Shown here in pieces: positions 26,404 through 40,189 of a stretch of 64,000 bases of DNA. Source of the stretch: Takakia lepidozioides (Eukaryota; Plantae; Bryophyta). The notes below the pieces were generated by a model. It did not search any database, was not told the origin of the DNA, and saw only the letters and a program-made list of their open reading frames with translations. How positions within the stretch are numbered: position 1 is the stretch's first letter; the number at the start of each line of letters is the position of its first letter. A program made the position numbers and the translations under genes. Where the stretch lies: assembly GCA_030704615.1 (NCBI GenBank), contig CM060733.1, forward strand, positions 34,286,001 to 34,350,000, in the 5' to 3' direction.

Positions 26404-29013
26404 TCAAGAGACAGAGTTTATTGCAGCAACCCAACAGTTATTACCTGCTTGGTAGTACATCTGGAATCCACTTGAAACCGGATATGGGCTTTTTTTACTG
26501 TATGTAGTAAATGTGACAAGAACAGTACTTGCTTGAACCTTTACAATTACATAATTGTTCAGCATTCCTCCGATCTTCTTAATTTTCTGCTGACCCAGAC
26601 AGTCGTAGATCACTTCGATATAGTCATGGTGATCGTAACCCAAGGTTACAGTAGTGAAATTGAGGGTCAGTGACTTGGCATTCTTCACATCAATGATATA
26701 CTTGCAAAATTCTCCGGGAGCGTAAGGTTGCATTCCAATACCATTCACAAATACTCCTTCTTGAATTAAGCCATGTGTGTGAGCATATAATCCATTACCA
26801 TGGCAAGAATCTACATACACAGTTAAAAATCAATAAATTGTTAGGGTCTTCTATGCTTTACTACAGACATATTATAATTGTTGTAAAAAAAGGAACTTCA
26901 TCTTTTTCTTTTTTTTAATCAACTGTTAATTTCACGACTAATATTTGTATAATGGTCTGGTGTAATGTTGGTTTTGCTGCTTATGACTCATCATATGTGC
27001 AACCACATATAAGATCGGTGTAAGAGTGATGTTTAATAGGGAAAGAAGACTTTAGCCATAACCGACGCAATTAAAAGCCACTTTGTCTTTAGGCGCCCCT
27101 TTTGGGGATAGGTCATATGGATGTCTAATATATGATACGTTTCATGAATTAGAAATATTAGAACTGATCATATGTAGTTGGTGAAAATTAATCTGTTAGG
27201 TCATGGTGGCTCTTCTAATTTTGTATTCTAGACTTGCTTCCTACATGAATTTGGGGTATATCCACCTTTTTACTGCTGCAAGAAAAGGTAGGTGATCTGC
27301 CATTGGAAATGTTATGTGTCTTGGTTGGGATGGTATGTTTCAAAAGGCCAATCCTTCACATTATAATGATCAAAATTATGGTTGGATGGAGAAACATACA
27401 TATACATATTCATAATTCCATCCCCCACCACACACACACACATATATATAATCCCCTCCAATATCCAATGTCTTACATGCAAGCAACAACATATAGAAAT
27501 TAAATAAAAATTTATGGTGCCTAAACATACGTTGTAAATTTTGTTTTGGCAAAACAAAAAAATCTAGAAGATCCATATGAATGAGTTTTGGGTTGCTAGC
27601 TCAAATCTATGAGAAAAAGAGTAATTTATGGAGAGAACTCCTTTTTACAAACTCAGGTGTGGTCATATAATTTTTACAAGACTGGATTGATCATTACAAT
27701 ATTTTGATAGGTGTATGTATCGTACCATACTTCTGGAGTTGACAACCTTGATTTGATAAGCTCCATAATTGTTGCACAAGGTACTGTGTTCCATTGATGC
27801 CAAATAAATTGGAGACCACACCTGTGTTTTTATCTTGCAATGGATGGACATTTGGATAGCTAAGACATACATTGGAGTTATACCCACCGTGATAGTCACC
27901 ATACATATCTGGAAGACCACAATAATAGAAGTCGCCTGCACCATACACATATGCGCACATATCGCCCACTTCACTATTCTCAGATGTATTGTAAATCCAC
28001 GCATCGAGATACGGATCAGTGGCAATCTCTGCCACTTCGTGCATCATTGTGTTTAATAGTGAATCTAGGGCTCCATCTGGGGAGACATGCTGATTTGGGG
28101 GGTGCCAAGTGGGATGCGAGTAGACATTGCAATCTCCGAGATTGTTTTCGTGAGAGGGTAATGGAAGGAATGCCCATAGAAGAAGCTTGTTGTTTTTACA
28201 ATCCGATACGTTTTGCACTGTCCAGTCATCTAGACAATAGATATAATGGAAGCCACAAAAACCTGAAGTAATAAACTTTACATCTCCACTAGTGAAAAGG
28301 AGATAAATCCCATCCACATCAAAAGGTAAGATGCCTGACGAATTTGCCAACTTTGTTGTTATGATATCGAAGGGGTCACGATCAAATGGGTTAATAGATG
28401 TCCCATGCGAATATAGATCCTTAGCCTCCCCTGCAATAGTCACGATGTTGCTCACATGATCTCCAGATTTCTGAGAGTAGTAGTCGGTGGTAATTCGCCA
28501 CCAATTGGCTAGGTTAGGAAACTCCTTGATTGGAGATGGCGGGGTCAAAGAAAGAAGTGCATTGCGTATAACATTTTGAAAGCTTTCAGACCAGTTTCCG
28601 TACCAAATGATGTAAAGGTTAATTGGATTGGACATCACTTTTCCACCACCAGTTTTCATTGTGATCACAGGAGGCCGCCATGGTGGTGAAGCTAGTTGCT
28701 TAGCTAGGTGATTCCGATCACTTTTGAAGTGGTCAGTAAAATGCACTTTTTGTCGCATACTATGGAATTTGACGCTCCTTGGTGCTTGGTGGTTTGTTGT
28801 CGCAACATTAGATTGCAACGTGATCAAAGGATCATGATCATGGGTGTCAACATTGGAGTACAGTGCCATACGCCCATCGACATTTGAATACGCTTGAATA
28901 TAGCACAAACTCGAAGAAGTCAATATAGCGATATGTATTAGAAGTATGAAGCTCACCACAGCCGCTGTAAAATGCATCGAAGGGAATGCCTTGCGTTTTT
29001 CGTTTCTCATCAT
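26404..29013 (-). CDS. Secreted PHI-1/EXORDIUM-like protein with a C-terminal CUB-like domain
   Basis: Exon 1 (29013-27726) has a hydrophobic signal and Phi_1 motifs: NLYIIWYG.W, WW....Y, DV...FCGFH, PPN, HEVAE.ATDP...AW, E.GD.C, YLVQQ.W. A phase-1 GT-AG intron joins it to exon 2 starting at 26810 (CUB-like). The 3' end is uncertain: stop at 26404, or a splice donor after 26445. Confidence 0.8.
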
Positions 29014-29489
29014 GTGTCCCTAGTCTAATTCCTCAAAAATTATGTCAAATAACTCATTAACTACCTCCTAGATACATACCCGTAAAAATTCTATCTCATT
29101 TAATGCTAGAGTTCAAGGTTGAATGTCTTCCAATTTCTGAATAGATCCCTACTCTTGTACTGTAACGAGTCAGTTTATATAAGACAAGTCTAACTGACTT
29201 ATGCATACAGCTTACAATGGTCTCTCTAACAAAATAAGTTACAAATGAAATACATGGTCGAGCTTTACAAACTAATCCGTAAGAAACGCTCTAACACCTT
29301 GGAAAGAGACCATGCAACCAGTGATGTGCAACTTTGACGAGAAATGCAATCTGTCATCTCTTATATATACTTTGGACTAGTGAAATGTTCGAGTGACGAT
29401 ATTAGTCAAAGCATGATTTTGAATTGATGGTTGTACATAATCCAAATATCCATTTTGAGGAGTAGATTCTTATTCAAAACCTTACATCG

Positions 29490-30205
29490 GAATGGTCTGG
29501 TACAATTCCAGCTTTGACGATGTCACCATGGACAAGTCTCTACCTAATTTTCTCGGGCTATCAAGCTCTCATTTCATACATGTCCACCAGTGGTTCAGAA
29601 TGACGTCTGTGTAAGTCCAGCTTTGACAATGTCACCATGGACCTCTACATGCTTTTTCAGGGTTACCAAGCTCTCATTTGCCATACATGTCCACCAAGGC
29701 AATGTTTAGAACATCGGATACAATTTCAGCTTTAAAAATGTCAACATAGACAATACGGTCTTTTCTAGGGCTGCCAAGCTTGCATTTCGCCTACATGACC
29801 AGCAGGGAAAAGTTGAGAATGACAACGGAAACAATTTAATTAGCTTCGACTCAATATTACCATAGACCTCTACATACTTTTCCAGGGCTGCCAAGCTCTC
29901 AGTTGACATACATGTCCACTAGGGAAGTGTTCAATATGACAACGAGAACAATTTCAGCTTTGACACGGTGTCACCATGGACCTCTATGTACTTTTCCAGG
30001 GCTGGCCTGCTCTCATTTGACATACACGTCCCCCCAAAAAGTGTTTAGAATGACATTTGGAACAAGATCAATTTTGTCACCATAGACCTCTATATGCTTT
30101 TCCAGGGCTGCCAAACTCTCATTTGACATACATGTCCACCAGGCAGTGTTCAGAATGACATCTCGTACATTCCAGCTTTGACAATGTCAGCATGGACCTC
30201 TACGT
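29490..30205. repeat. ~110-bp tandem repeat (~6.5 units) derived from a PPR L/S-motif coding segment
   Basis: The tacatgtccac-like anchor recurs near 29577, 29684, 29791, 29907, 30020 and 30128. The unit matches the PPR gene sequence encoding SLAALEK..EVH.DI.KAGIVP.....ALVDMYAK. Confidence 0.85.
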
Positions 30206-33200
30206 GCTACTAAAAGGAAGAGCCCACATTTTATTACCCGGCCGGGTATATATACCCGGCCAACCCTGGACTTCACCTAATTCGTAAAGATTTTGGAACT
30301 TTTTGCCTTTGTATTTTTGGGGATCTTACACAGCATAACTTTTCCTAAGGTCCTGGGGTTTGTGAACGAGGCCAGATTCTCTCCCCCTTCAAGACAATCA
30401 TCAGCAATCCAATGACAAATGCATCCACATTTCTGTTATTAGCATGATTCAGACCACCTCTCCATGAACAGTTACAAGAGCATTTTGCAATTTTGCGATG
30501 AGTTTATTGGATCCTCCCTATGGAGAGACCATTCATCCATTATTTTCTCCTTATGTACTTTCTCAGTACATCATACTACACAACTAGGAAGACAAAATCT
30601 GCTACCATTTAAGTCTCCGTAACATAATTAGAATTTCATCCATCTATTGTTATCCATTCATTTCTAAGGTTCACTGTTATCATATTGAATTCCATTATAC
30701 TGATTAACTCCCGTCATAGAATTCCCTTCAGTTCTATTAGAGTTTTATTATAACCAGTTCTCTTCATATTTATCCCTTCAATTCCATCCAGTGTTTTTCC
30801 CTTACAAAAAATTGCCAAATTTCGAGCTGGAAATTGACTTAGCTACTTGCACAAAGGAATTATGGAGTAAAATCCAAAATATCCGCCAAAAAGCGCGGGG
30901 GTTGGTATCCCGTGCTGAGACGCGAGCAGGAAAAAAAAACCAGCATGAGCACAATCCATGGTTATAAGGGTAGCTGCATGTTTGCAAACGGAAATATAAG
31001 TCATAGGCGGATATAGGGTATTGGTACGTGAATAGGATCAGTTATATGGTCTATGAGTATATTTTAGCTAAAACCTTTTGGACAATGTACACTAAAACAC
31101 AAATATATAATGGAGATTTTATTTTTTTGATATTGTGATATTATAAACAGCAGTATTTTGCTAATGAAATATGGAAAAATATTCGAGTTTGGAGAGTTTC
31201 GCTAGCGAAGCAAACCAAAAAATAAAAAAAAATAAAAAAAGATAGATTCGTAAGCAAAACTCATTGTGCTCACGTAAGCAAACTTTTTGAACATGCATAA
31301 TTTTGTTGCATCATTACATATTCGTTTCGCTATCGCATATTCTAAGGATTTTGGGGAATATGCGAAATATGCATGTCTACTCGCATAAGCAAGCTCACAC
31401 GCTACCCAATCTCAAAAGCTCCAATAGTTAAATATGAGGAGCCCAGCACTAGAGCAAGTAGCCGAGGCCCCCATGGTTGGGAGTTTGTGCCTTGCCTGTG
31501 CATAAACTATGTGAACTAGTGTCCATCTTCTAAAATAGAAGGCAGTAGTTGTGAGTAGTTCCTCGGGATGAAGAGACAAAGAGACACCATGATTTTCGCT
31601 TCCTTGGGGAGACAACATCTTCCCATCATTTCAAGAGCCTGATTTTGCCATCATGGACCCATTGAAACATAGCACACATTCTATAGCTATTTTTTTTTCT
31701 ACTTTTCTAAACCCAACTTAATGTACAAAAAGACAGATACGACGTATTTCAACGGTCAGGATCGCGTATGGAGGTGCAGATGTGACGTTATCTTTCCTGC
31801 AATCATTGTGCATCATCCAATAGGGCGCTCGTTTCATCCAAGAAGGCGCTCGTTTCATCCAGGAGCTGTGTACATAAAGTGATGGCTTTGGATCTGGGGT
31901 TGAAACCCTGTCATCTGTCTTGTGCCTTAGGGCTACGGCTCTACCCCTATAATATCTCAATGGCTCAGAAAGGGTCTGCTTTATTCTAAAGACAAGACTA
32001 CACATGCGTCAATGGCTAAGCCCCTGTTGTGCCTTGCCCAGGTGTCACCTCCTCTCCATTGCTGAAAACTCCTTTTTGATCTGGAGAAGCTTCTCTATGT
32101 AATACCTCCCTTATTGAATAACTTGTGAGAAATAAATGGATGAATTTTCAAGGTTATTATGGATGAAAGTAGATTTGAAGAGGAGCCATACGTGACTAGC
32201 CGCTTGTTTTCCCTCTCAAGGCCGAATTGAGGGGGCTGATGTTTCATTGGAAACGTTTCTTTTGAAAGATAAAAAGTAAAATAAAAACTGATTCCATCAC
32301 TTCAAGTCCATTATATATACACAGTTCCATCACATTTAGTTGATTTCAATATTATCCTTTCATATTTTCTCTTTACATCCAATTTGTATTAGTATAATGA
32401 TCCGGAAAAATACAAAGTTATTTCGTTTTTAAACCAAATAACTGTTTTTAAGTATTATATTCATTCAATATTCTTAACTATCCTACTACCCAATATCTTT
32501 TGCAAGTCATTGAAACTTTTAATCTTTTATCTGCATTATCAGCTTAGAGGTATGTCGTGGCCCTCCTGGCTGCCATACAGCACAAGGGGACCAGGCACCG
32601 TTAGCCAAGGCGCCGTCCGTGGACCTCCTCCACATGTGCAACCCCCAACCCTCTGTTTTGCGCCCTCCCTTACTCCGCGCCTTAAAGACCTTATTATCTG
32701 ATAATGAGAAATAATAAAAATTGTTCTGGCCCAAGCCCCTAAGAGGATATAGGGTTCAGGGCAAGGGCCTGGACGTTTTCCTGCCCACCTCGAAACTGTA
32801 TACCGCTATATTCCGTTAGCGTGTTGGGTTCAGTGTAGGGTGGGGATGCTCTACGTAGCCACTATTTGCTGTGGAGGCTGAACTATGGTTTTTTAGCCGT
32901 GGCTAAAGGACGGCTGCAGAGAGTGGCTAAAGTAAGCTAGGGTTAGGGAAGGTTAGGTCCTCGTTGCCCCTAACATCCTCCTCGGTCCCCCTGTGCACTG
33001 TACACTGACAGAGGGTGCAGGGATGCCATACCGGGCACTTCTGAAATTTCCTCTTGCTGGCCCACAAGGCAAAATTTAATACGTGGGGCCCCAGAGGGTT
33101 AAAAGTGGGGGCAAATAGGCAGGGTACTTTAGCAAACCCTAGCTGTGGCTAAGATTTAGCACTGCTAAATTGCCTAGTGCGGCAGCTAAATAGACATAGC

Positions 33201-33889
33201 CATGGCTAAACTCCACTTAGCCACGGCTAAATCAGGTAGTGCGGCCAGGGCCGTAGTATTGTTCTTTGATTTCAATGTGTTGCATTATGCTCAAACTGCT
33301 TCAATATGGTGTTGTGAATGTATAATACAACCTTTATAAATGTCAAATAACAAGATCTTGAAATCTACTTTTCTGCTGAAAAATGTTGCCTTCTTTATGT
33401 AGTGTCTCAAAGGGGTGGTGGAGCCTTCTAGAAGGGGGCCCGCCGCCTCACCTCATCCTGCTTCTGGAAAGCTCTAGAACTAGAAGGAGGGCCCACCCTC
33501 CTACTTCTATGCTAGCCTATACAGGTGGCCTCACATTTCACCCATTGCGACAGAGGTGCCCTCCCTCCCTCCCCAGAGCCGGCGTAACTAGGCGTAACTA
33601 AGAGCCACTTCACCTTGCGGCTACTGCCCCTTTTGAGGGGTGGGCTCCCTCCCCATTGGCTGCTCTAATCCTCTCCCTTTTTTCGACCTTCAGGATTAGC
33701 CCCTGCCAGAAATTGGGGGACCCATAATATTGCAGAGTTCAATATGATTTTTATGGTCCCTATGAATGGACGAATTATGTTTACATTACTGATATCGATA
33801 CTGTTGTGGAAGCAGATGAATTCCGTGAGAACTCTGCTTGCATGTATAAAACATCTGGCATAGCAGACAATACAAGAAAGATCATCGTT

Positions 33890-36800
33890 TCACCAGTATT
33901 CCCCACAAGAACAAACACCATCTTGGAAGTGGTGAAAACGGTTAGCATCCCTTACAACAATTGCTCGGCCAACAATCTTTGAGATGAACTTGGTGGCTGT
34001 GTGGCAGTCACCACACACCCGAAGGTTCTTGATGACATGGAGAGGTGTCCCAGGGGCCGTACTGATTAGGCCAAAAGCAATGGCCAGCTTCTCACTGTGG
34101 TGGCAAAGAGAAAATTCCTTTTGCTCCTCCTTCACGTCATGCAATACAAAGTGTGTGTCAGGCACATACCCCGCTTCCTTCATCTGCCCCGACAATTTTA
34201 TCAGCTCAGCATGGATTTCCTCAATTTGTGGATGCAATCTGTCATCTACCACAAACGTGTGCACCCCATGGCCAACCTCAATGCAGCATCGACCTGGCTC
34301 CTTTCTGACACCTCTGACCTTCATCATTTTTCTCACCTTTGCAGTATCATTCCACCTGCCAGCTGCAGCATAGATGTTTGATAGCAACACATAAGTTGCA
34401 GCATCCTGCGGATGCCACCTGAGAATAGATATTGCAGCACGTTCTGCTATGTCCACATTGCCATGGATTCTGCAGGCACCAAGTAAGGCCCCCAACACCA
34501 CAGCATCTGCTTCAATTGGCATTTTGCTGATGAAATCATCCGCCTCGTGCAATCGCCCTGCACGGCCAAGAAGGTCCACCATGCAGCCAAAGTGCTCCAG
34601 CGTAGGAGTGAGGCCATGATCTTGACCCATGGAATCAAAGTAGTGCCTGCCTTCATCCACTAGGCCCACGTGGCTACATACCGAGAGAACACATATAAAG
34701 GTGATGCTACTTGGTTCCAAGCCTTGCTTTTGCATTCCTTCAAATAGTTGCAGAACCTTCCTATGACAACCATGCTTGGCATATCCTGCCAACATCGCAT
34801 TCCACGACACCACGTTTCGTTCAGCCATACTGTTGAACACTCTTTTGGCATCCTCAATGCTCCCACATTTAGCATACATGTCCACAATGGCAGTATTCAA
34901 AATGATATTTGGTACAATTCCAGCTTTCATGATGTCACCATGGACCTCCTTCCCCTTTTCTAGGGCTGCCAGGCTTGCACACGCATTGCAAACGCACACG
35001 AATGTGACCTGGTTGGGCTTCACCCCTTCCTGCATCATTTGCTTATACATCTCCAAAGCCTCCATCCCACATCCACGCTGTGCATATCCTGCAATCATCA
35101 CACTCCATGACACTACATTTCTTTCAGCCATCTTATCGAACACCCCCTTAGCATACTTGATGCTCCCACATTTAGCATACATCTCCACAAGGGTAGTGCT
35201 CAGAATGGTATTTGGTACAATTCCAGCTTTCACAATGTCAGCATGAACCTCTTTGCCTGTTTCGAGGAGTGCCAGGCTGGCACATGCCTTTAGAACACAA
35301 ATAAACGTGACCTGGTTGGGCTTCACCTCTTCCTGCACCATTTGTTTGTAGATCTGCAAAGACTCCATCGCACACCCATGCTGGGCATATCCAGTGATCA
35401 TCGCATTCCATGACACCACATTTCGTTCAGCCATATTGTTGAACACTCCCTTTGCATACTCAATGCTCCCACATTTGGCATACATGTCCACCAGTGTATT
35501 GTGCAGAGCGACATCTGGTACAATACCAGCTTTCATGATGTCAGCATGGACCTCTTTGCCCTTTTCCAGGGTTGCCAGGCTGGCACAGGCATTGCAGACA
35601 CCAACGAACGTGACCTGGTCAGGCTTCATTCCCTCCTGCAACATCTGCTCATAAGTCTCCAAAGCCTCCATCCCATACCCATGCTGGGAATATCCTGCAA
35701 TCATCACATTCCAGGACACCACATCTCGCTTAACCATATTGTTGAACACTGCCTTTGCATTCTCGATGCTTCCACATTTGGCATACATGTCCATAATCGA
35801 ATTTTCCAAGATGATATTTGGTACAATCCCAGCTTTCATGATGTCATCATGGACCTCTTTCCCCTTTTCCAGGGCTGCCAGGCTGGCGCATGCTCTGAAA
35901 ATGCAAACGAACGTGACCTGGTCAGGCTTCACCCCATCGTGCATCATTTGCTCATAGGTCTCCAAAGCCTCCAACCCACAGCCATGCTGGGCATATCCTG
36001 CGATCATTGCATTCCATGAAACCACATTTCGTTCAGCCATGTTGTCAAACACTCCCTTTGCATCCTCAATGCTGCCGCATTTGGCATACATGCCCACCAG
36101 GGCATTGCCCAAAATGATGTTAGGCTCAATTCTAGCTTTCATGACGTGGACATGGACCTCTCTTCCCTTTTTTAGGGCTGCCAGGCTGGCACAAGCATTG
36201 CAAATGCAAACAAACGTGACCTGGTCAGGCTCCACCCCTTCCTGCATCATTTGCTCATAGGTCTCCAAAGCCTCCGTCCCACACCCATTCTGGGCATATC
36301 CTGCGATCATTGCATTCCATGCAACTACATTTCGTTCAGCCATATTGTCAAACACTCCCTTTGCATCCTCAATACTCCCGCATTTGGCATACGTGTCCAC
36401 AAGGGTAGTGTCCAGAATGATATTTGGTACAATTCCAGCTTTCATAATGTCTGCGTGGACCTCTTTCCCCTTTTCCAGGGCTGCCACGCTAGCACACGCC
36501 TTGAGAATGCAAATGAATGTGACAAAGTCGGGCGTCACCCCCTGCTGTATCATTTGCTCATAGGTTTTAATGGCTTTCCTACCACACCCATACTTAACAT
36601 ATCCTGCCATCATTATAGTCCAGGAAAACATATCTCGGTCAGACATCTTGTCAAATACTTGGTGTGCATCCACAATGCTCCCACACTTGACATACATGTT
36701 GACAAGGGTGTTGTGTAGAAAAACGTTTGGCTTAAATCCACTCTGGATAATGTGTGTGTGCACCTTCTTTCCCACTGCTAAGCCTTTTATCTCGATGCAC

Positions 36801-38478
36801 TTATGCAATAGACAGATATATGTATCAGAGTCTGCCAAAATGCCTCCTTCATTCAAAATACTTAGGGCCTCTTTTAGCTGTCCTGCCTCACATAGTCTCC
36901 TCACATGCCCACAGGTGCCAGAAGAGATCTTGTGGCCTCCCTTTCTTGGTCCTCTTGCAGAAGTAGTGGTCATGGTGGTGCCTGAGTTAATCAACTGTGC
37001 AACCAGTGCTTCCAGTTGACCATCTAAGCCTGCAGGTCTCTTGTAGCTATCAATCCACAGTGCCTCATTGGTACTCTTATGCTTGAAATCCAGTCCTTCT
37101 GGATGGATCTGCACCCACACTCAATCCCTGCCTCCTTCAGCTATCCCTGCCTCGACAACAACAATGCATAGATCCTCCCCCTTGCTGCTAATATCTGACA
37201 ATGACACCCAAAGAAGGAGGGAGGATGACCAATTGCAAGTAATAAATATTTGTAAGAAATCATTATTTAATTTGATCTGTATGCATGTGCCTAACTTTTA
37301 ATTATAAATTTTTGATACATGTTGTCACCTGCTTCTACTGGGACATAACAGGAATTCACCTTTGTGCCTCGATGGACCCACCATTGATTTGGGTTTGGAA
37401 AATGTTCCTTCCAATCCTGGTCTTCATCTGTATCCTTGGTTTTTGGATATTTGCCTGCAAACCTTTGGCAGAAACATGTGAAAATACTTACACACCATGG
37501 ATCCATCCAAGGAGCTCACGGACAAAAACCCGTGATGGAAAGTATTGATGAATTTGATAAGAGGACAACACAAGCCTGAATGTGTTGACCATTTTGTGCT
37601 TGACCTTGTATCATGGCACCAGCTAGCTTTTCTTTCACCCAAGGTGGATTCAACCAACCCTCAATCCAAAGGACCTCTTGATCGCACCGCTTATGTCGGT
37701 GGTCTGGAGATTTTGGATTAGCCTGTAACAACCACCAGGGTGCAGCTGAGGTGCCAGAGGTTTAACCACAGCTTCCTAAGACCAAGCTGCAATCATCAAC
37801 CCTCCCAAGTACATTGCAAACTCCCCAGGAAAAACCTTGCGCATCCTACTTTCGTGCCCTGCTTAAGAGGAAGAACCTCCGACAGTACGAGCCGCTTTTG
37901 CAGCACAAACAGAGATCAAAACTTAACTAACAACTTTGTGTACAATCAAGTCTGCAACTATTACCATACCCAATCAGTCGAAATCCCTCCTTGACAAGCA
38001 CCTACATGGCTAAAGCGCACCTTGTCAACCCCGAAGCCCCACCATTGTAAAGGATCTTCAAAGAAATCCTGCCAACGGTTTTCCATGCTCCAGCGCTGAC
38101 CTACGTGTCAGAATACCAAAAATTCAAATGGGCGCGGGTTTCGATTATAGGGTATGATCAAATGACGGAAGGCGTCGATGTGCAAAACAAGGAAGAACGA
38201 AAGAGCCTAGCTATTCAACACACCGACCCCAAAAAAAGAAACAGGAAAGTGTTACCTTTCATGGACGTTCCTGGAGGCCTGAAAGGCTCCATAGAGACCA
38301 TTTGCAATGGATTGGGTCCTTGGCGCATTGCCAATACCGACGCTGGTTTGAACTCCACGGCCCAGCCCCCTAATCTGCGGCATGATGTGAGAGCTTTCAC
38401 ATGACCAAAACGAGAATACAGTGCCTCGGATATGGAGTTCTCCTGCGCGGTCTGTAAAACGCCAGTGCACGCTGCCAT
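33890..38478 (-). CDS. PDF-PDF-PLS PPR-E-DYW protein A (~1244 aa, 23 PPR motifs, ends EYW), putative organellar C-to-U editing factor
   Basis: Exons 38478-38256, 38100-38021, 37722-37605, 37454-37360 and 37108-33890 are all GT-AG and in frame. 101-aa PLS triplets, PG box, HSEKLA and CGDCH intact. Confidence 0.9.
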
Positions 38479-39229
38479 CCCCACCTGAGAGAGAAGCAGA
38501 ACATAAATTTTGATACACTCCACCGCCTGCACCACAACATGAGAGAAAATAGGGATCGCGCCTAGTGCCAAGCCATAATTTGATGCCCCATACTGAGGTC
38601 GACGACATTCCCCCCTCCTTCGCCTTGGCTCTCACGCACGGGCGCAGAGTTCCCGGGGCGGCATGGGGAATATATGGGGAGTATTTGGGTCTCCCTTCAT
38701 GTATTATTCCTGAAGACTTTGTGCAGGCACTTAGTTAAAAGGAAGGAGGACCCTTTTTCTGGGATCAAGGAAGGAATAAGACATTAGGAGCCGTCGTTTG
38801 GGCACAACAAAAGGAAAACAGTATTACCTTTGTGAGGGCTTTACTCCATAATGATGAAACCTGTAAGATTTTATTTACAACATGTACAATGGGCGAACAT
38901 ACACAAGATGAGAAGTTCCCAAAAAGGGAGGGAAAGAAACAAGAAACAAGAGGAAGAAAACAAAGCTATAGTAGGCTACTCAACCATAACGACCTTCCCA
39001 CCAACAACCCTGGAGGAGATGAGGCAAAGAGATAGGCAAAGTGTCATGGATAGGTGGAAGATGAGACAACGTGGAGCCGGCCACATCAGCCGATGCAAAA
39101 TAGATATGGCTTGTGCTCTTTGCAAAGCAATTGAAACACAAGCTGCCGATAGTATGCGACAAGGACGGAGGCATGCGGGATGCCAGTGGACCTGCTCTGC
39201 GCTGCATGATGTGCACATGTCCGAAGGAA

Positions 39230-39495
39230 ATCATGGTAGTGCCAAATATCTCAACCGCTAGCGGAAGACATCTGTAGGTGGGATCACGATTGTTGTAGTC
39301 GCGCTCCTTGGCCTGAGCTGCTATAGTGGTTGTCGTGCCTTGTGTGGTGGCTGTGCGAAATAGCAGATCTGATCGAGTGGGGTCGGCAAGAACAACATTT
39401 GCTAGGGTACGGAGACCATATCTGGAGAGAGTGATGTCAACACGGTGGCGTGTAGAGTGGGATGTGAGCGTGCCGAAGATGGGGTTGCTCACATA
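39230..39495 (-). mobile_element. Fragment of an RLE-type (CRE-like) non-LTR retrotransposon endonuclease
   Basis: RVDI.L.....L..V..ADPT...AAQAKE..Y......PLAVE.FG pattern. Confidence 0.6.
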
Positions 39496-40189
39496 AGCCT
39501 TAGCTTTGTTGGGATCTAATTGTTGGGTAGCTCACTGCACACAACAGATTGATGCGTGTGTGTGAAGGGCTTTCTAGAGGAAACGTGGAAAGCCCCAAAA
39601 GTTATTAGTTCACATTTTGCTTCAAGTGCCTTACCCTTATTAACCCATTGGGCAAATTTCAGTCCCCATAAAAGTAACCTATGGTGAGTTAATTGAGGCT
39701 ACACACCTACCATGTTAAATCCAAAATCCATCTCGTTCATCCACAACACCCTTTGTTCATAAGCATGGGATCAGATCCAAGAGTCTGTGGTATGAGCAAA
39801 GTTAGAGCAATGAGTGTGAATGTTAGAGGAACGACCATCAAAAGCCTCAGACAGTGGAGGAGAGAGATGTCACGGCAAATAACGTATGCTTGATTGTGAA
39901 CCAGCTTTTCCTTCATTGTTGGTGAAAGGAAATGCTACGACTCCACTGTCGGTCCTCATAGTCTCCAGGCAGGTAAGGTTGGCCTCTGAGCCAGCACGCC
40001 ATTACATTCACTGGGGTAAGGCCATAAGGCTTATTTAAATTCCTGCTAGAAATATACCACACACGGTGCAAGGTTCAAAAAGATGGAAGCTCGACCTAGT
40101 TCAACGGATCACTAGCTTTTTACTTGAACGTACAGTATTACTTCTTTATTGTGATCGCCCATGTGGCTGCTACTGAGATAACGAGCTCC

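Noticed and set aside
33890-34320. Possible U-to-C (KP-type) DYW domain
   Set aside because: Both genes have a PG box and canonical HSEKLA/CGDCH, consistent with the C-to-U type.
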